Positions 62,546 through 64,000 of a DNA stretch of 64,000 bases are shown here, piece by piece. The notes under the pieces were generated by a model. It was not told the origin of the DNA. It worked only from the letters and a program-made list of their open reading frames with translations, and did no database searches. The stretch lies in assembly GCF_009914755.1 (NCBI RefSeq), contig NC_060931.1; one strand, 5' to 3'. This DNA comes from the human T2T-CHM13v2.0 reference genome, Homo sapiens. The first letter of the stretch is position 1. Every line of letters begins with the position of its first letter. Made by a program: the position numbers and the translations under genes.

Positions 62546-63019
62546 AAGGCAGCCATCCGCATTTTTTGATGGGTTAAGCATTCCCTGAAGCCTGGCTAAG
62601 TGAGGCCCCATAGGTTCTTGCCCTGCTAATGGGTCTCTTTCCACATTATCCATTTCAACCCAGCTTGGCTTCTGGGCTTAGCTACTTTACATTTGCCTGT
62701 TTAGCAAAGAATTGGGGGCTTCCATTACTCCATCACTGGCGGTAAAATAAATGTTGAGGTTCAGGAGATTCTAAATTCCTCTGAGATTCTAATGTCTTCT
62801 TTACTGGGGACTGAGGGAGGGATGGGGACTGCAATAGTTCTGAGTCCAAGTTTTTCTGCCTGATGATTTGTGGGCTCTGGACCCTGGGAAATGAGGAAAC
62901 CAGCTGGCTACACACCCGCTGCTCATCCAAGGCTGGCTCCCCTTGGAAGGGATTCTTGAGCACTCCACACCCCTCAACAGCGAAACAGAACGTAACATTC
63001 TACACTGCAAGCTCCTACA

Positions 63020-63240
63020 TCGGGGCCAGCAAGCTTTGTGTGTAAAAAGCCTAATAGTAAATATTTTATGCTTTGTGGGCCATTCAGTCTCTGTTAAGAC
63101 TCCTCAACTCTGCCCTTGTGGCACAAAAACAGGTACAATGTGTAAAGAAATGGGTGTGGTTGTGTTTAGATACATTTTTATTTACAAAATTCAATGGCAG
63201 GCTGGATTTACCCCTCAGGCTGTAATCGGCTGACCCTGTC
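63020..63240. mobile_element. MER58A-like hAT-Charlie MITE
   Basis: GGGGCCAGCAAGCTTT...TAGTAAATATTTTATGCTTTGTGGGCCA...GCTGACCCTG. Confidence 0.75.
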
Positions 63241-64000
63241 CATATTCTGAACACACTCCTGTCTCGCAGGCTTCTTTACAAGCCTCTATGTAAAGCACAG
63301 GCTGGTGAGGGCCCCAGGAAGAGCAGCACCGCCCTCGGCACAGGCCCCTACTCCAAGTCCTGTGCAGGAGCAGGTCTTGCCCAGCGCAGCAGCTCTGCAC
63401 CTCTGTGGCACCGCTCTGCCAAGAGGGAAGGTGCAGGCCCTGCAGCCCATCGCCTTGGATCTGAAGACCAGCCCTGTGGGGCTGCTAAGTCATGAAACTG
63501 GCCTCATGGAGATTTCATAAAGCCCCTACCAGCTTTCCTGCCCTTCAGAAATGCTTACATCTATATATTTATGTTATATCTTCATATATAAAGAAAATGG
63601 AAAAAGTCAAAATCAGTTTGCTATCATTTACAATGAAAGGAAGGAAGACTAAGGATGTGTTTATGTGTGTGTGGAGACAGGAAAAGAGACAGAACCAACA
63701 CTAATTACTGCAAAACGAAAAAAGAGAAAGGAAGGAAGACAGGGAGGGAGGGGGCAAAAATCTCATTCCATGCTCCACACAGTTCTCTTAAGTCTACAGG
63801 CCGAGGTTGTAGGAGCCTAGACAATCTCAGCAGGTAAGAAGATTCTAGGCCCACTAGACTTACACTTTACACTGAATTGAAGAAAATCATAAAAAGGGGT
63901 TTTGCCACCTGGATGTACAGCAGAACATAATTAAATTTAATCTTCTTGGGACAGTGTTTTAATGGGATAAATCAGCTCCCATTTAACCTCATACATAGCG

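Noticed and set aside
63240-64000. Possible 3' end of the next gene (TMEM176B expected just beyond, from locus knowledge)
   Set aside because: No exon or coding sequence of it is visible within the window.

Overview
Human-type genomic DNA that I recognise as the distal end of the GIMAP cluster (7q36.1; recognition is from the GIMAP5 protein, not a database search). The only intact protein-coding gene is GIMAP5 on the + strand: exon 1 ends at 10616, exon 2 spans 13787-13835 (ATG 13793) and exon 3 starts at 15091 (stop 15971), giving a 307-aa AIG1-type GTPase with a C-terminal membrane anchor. About 4 kb downstream lies an inverted GIMAP3-like pseudogene (19788-20671, - strand). Its GTPase core is about 90% identical to GIMAP5 but its termini differ, which suggests gene conversion. 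Next is a full-length BET1 processed pseudogene (22505-24450) that keeps an open 117-codon ORF behind a good splice acceptor. The rest is largely interspersed repeats (L1, Alu, MaLR/ERV LTRs, hAT MITEs), several minisatellites and one strong CTCF motif (51775). Repeat subfamily names and boundaries are by eye and approximate. I found no wholly new gene system; the most interesting signals are the GIMAP5/pseudogene inverted pair, the dual-use GIMAP5 first exon and the potentially exonisable BET1 retrocopy.
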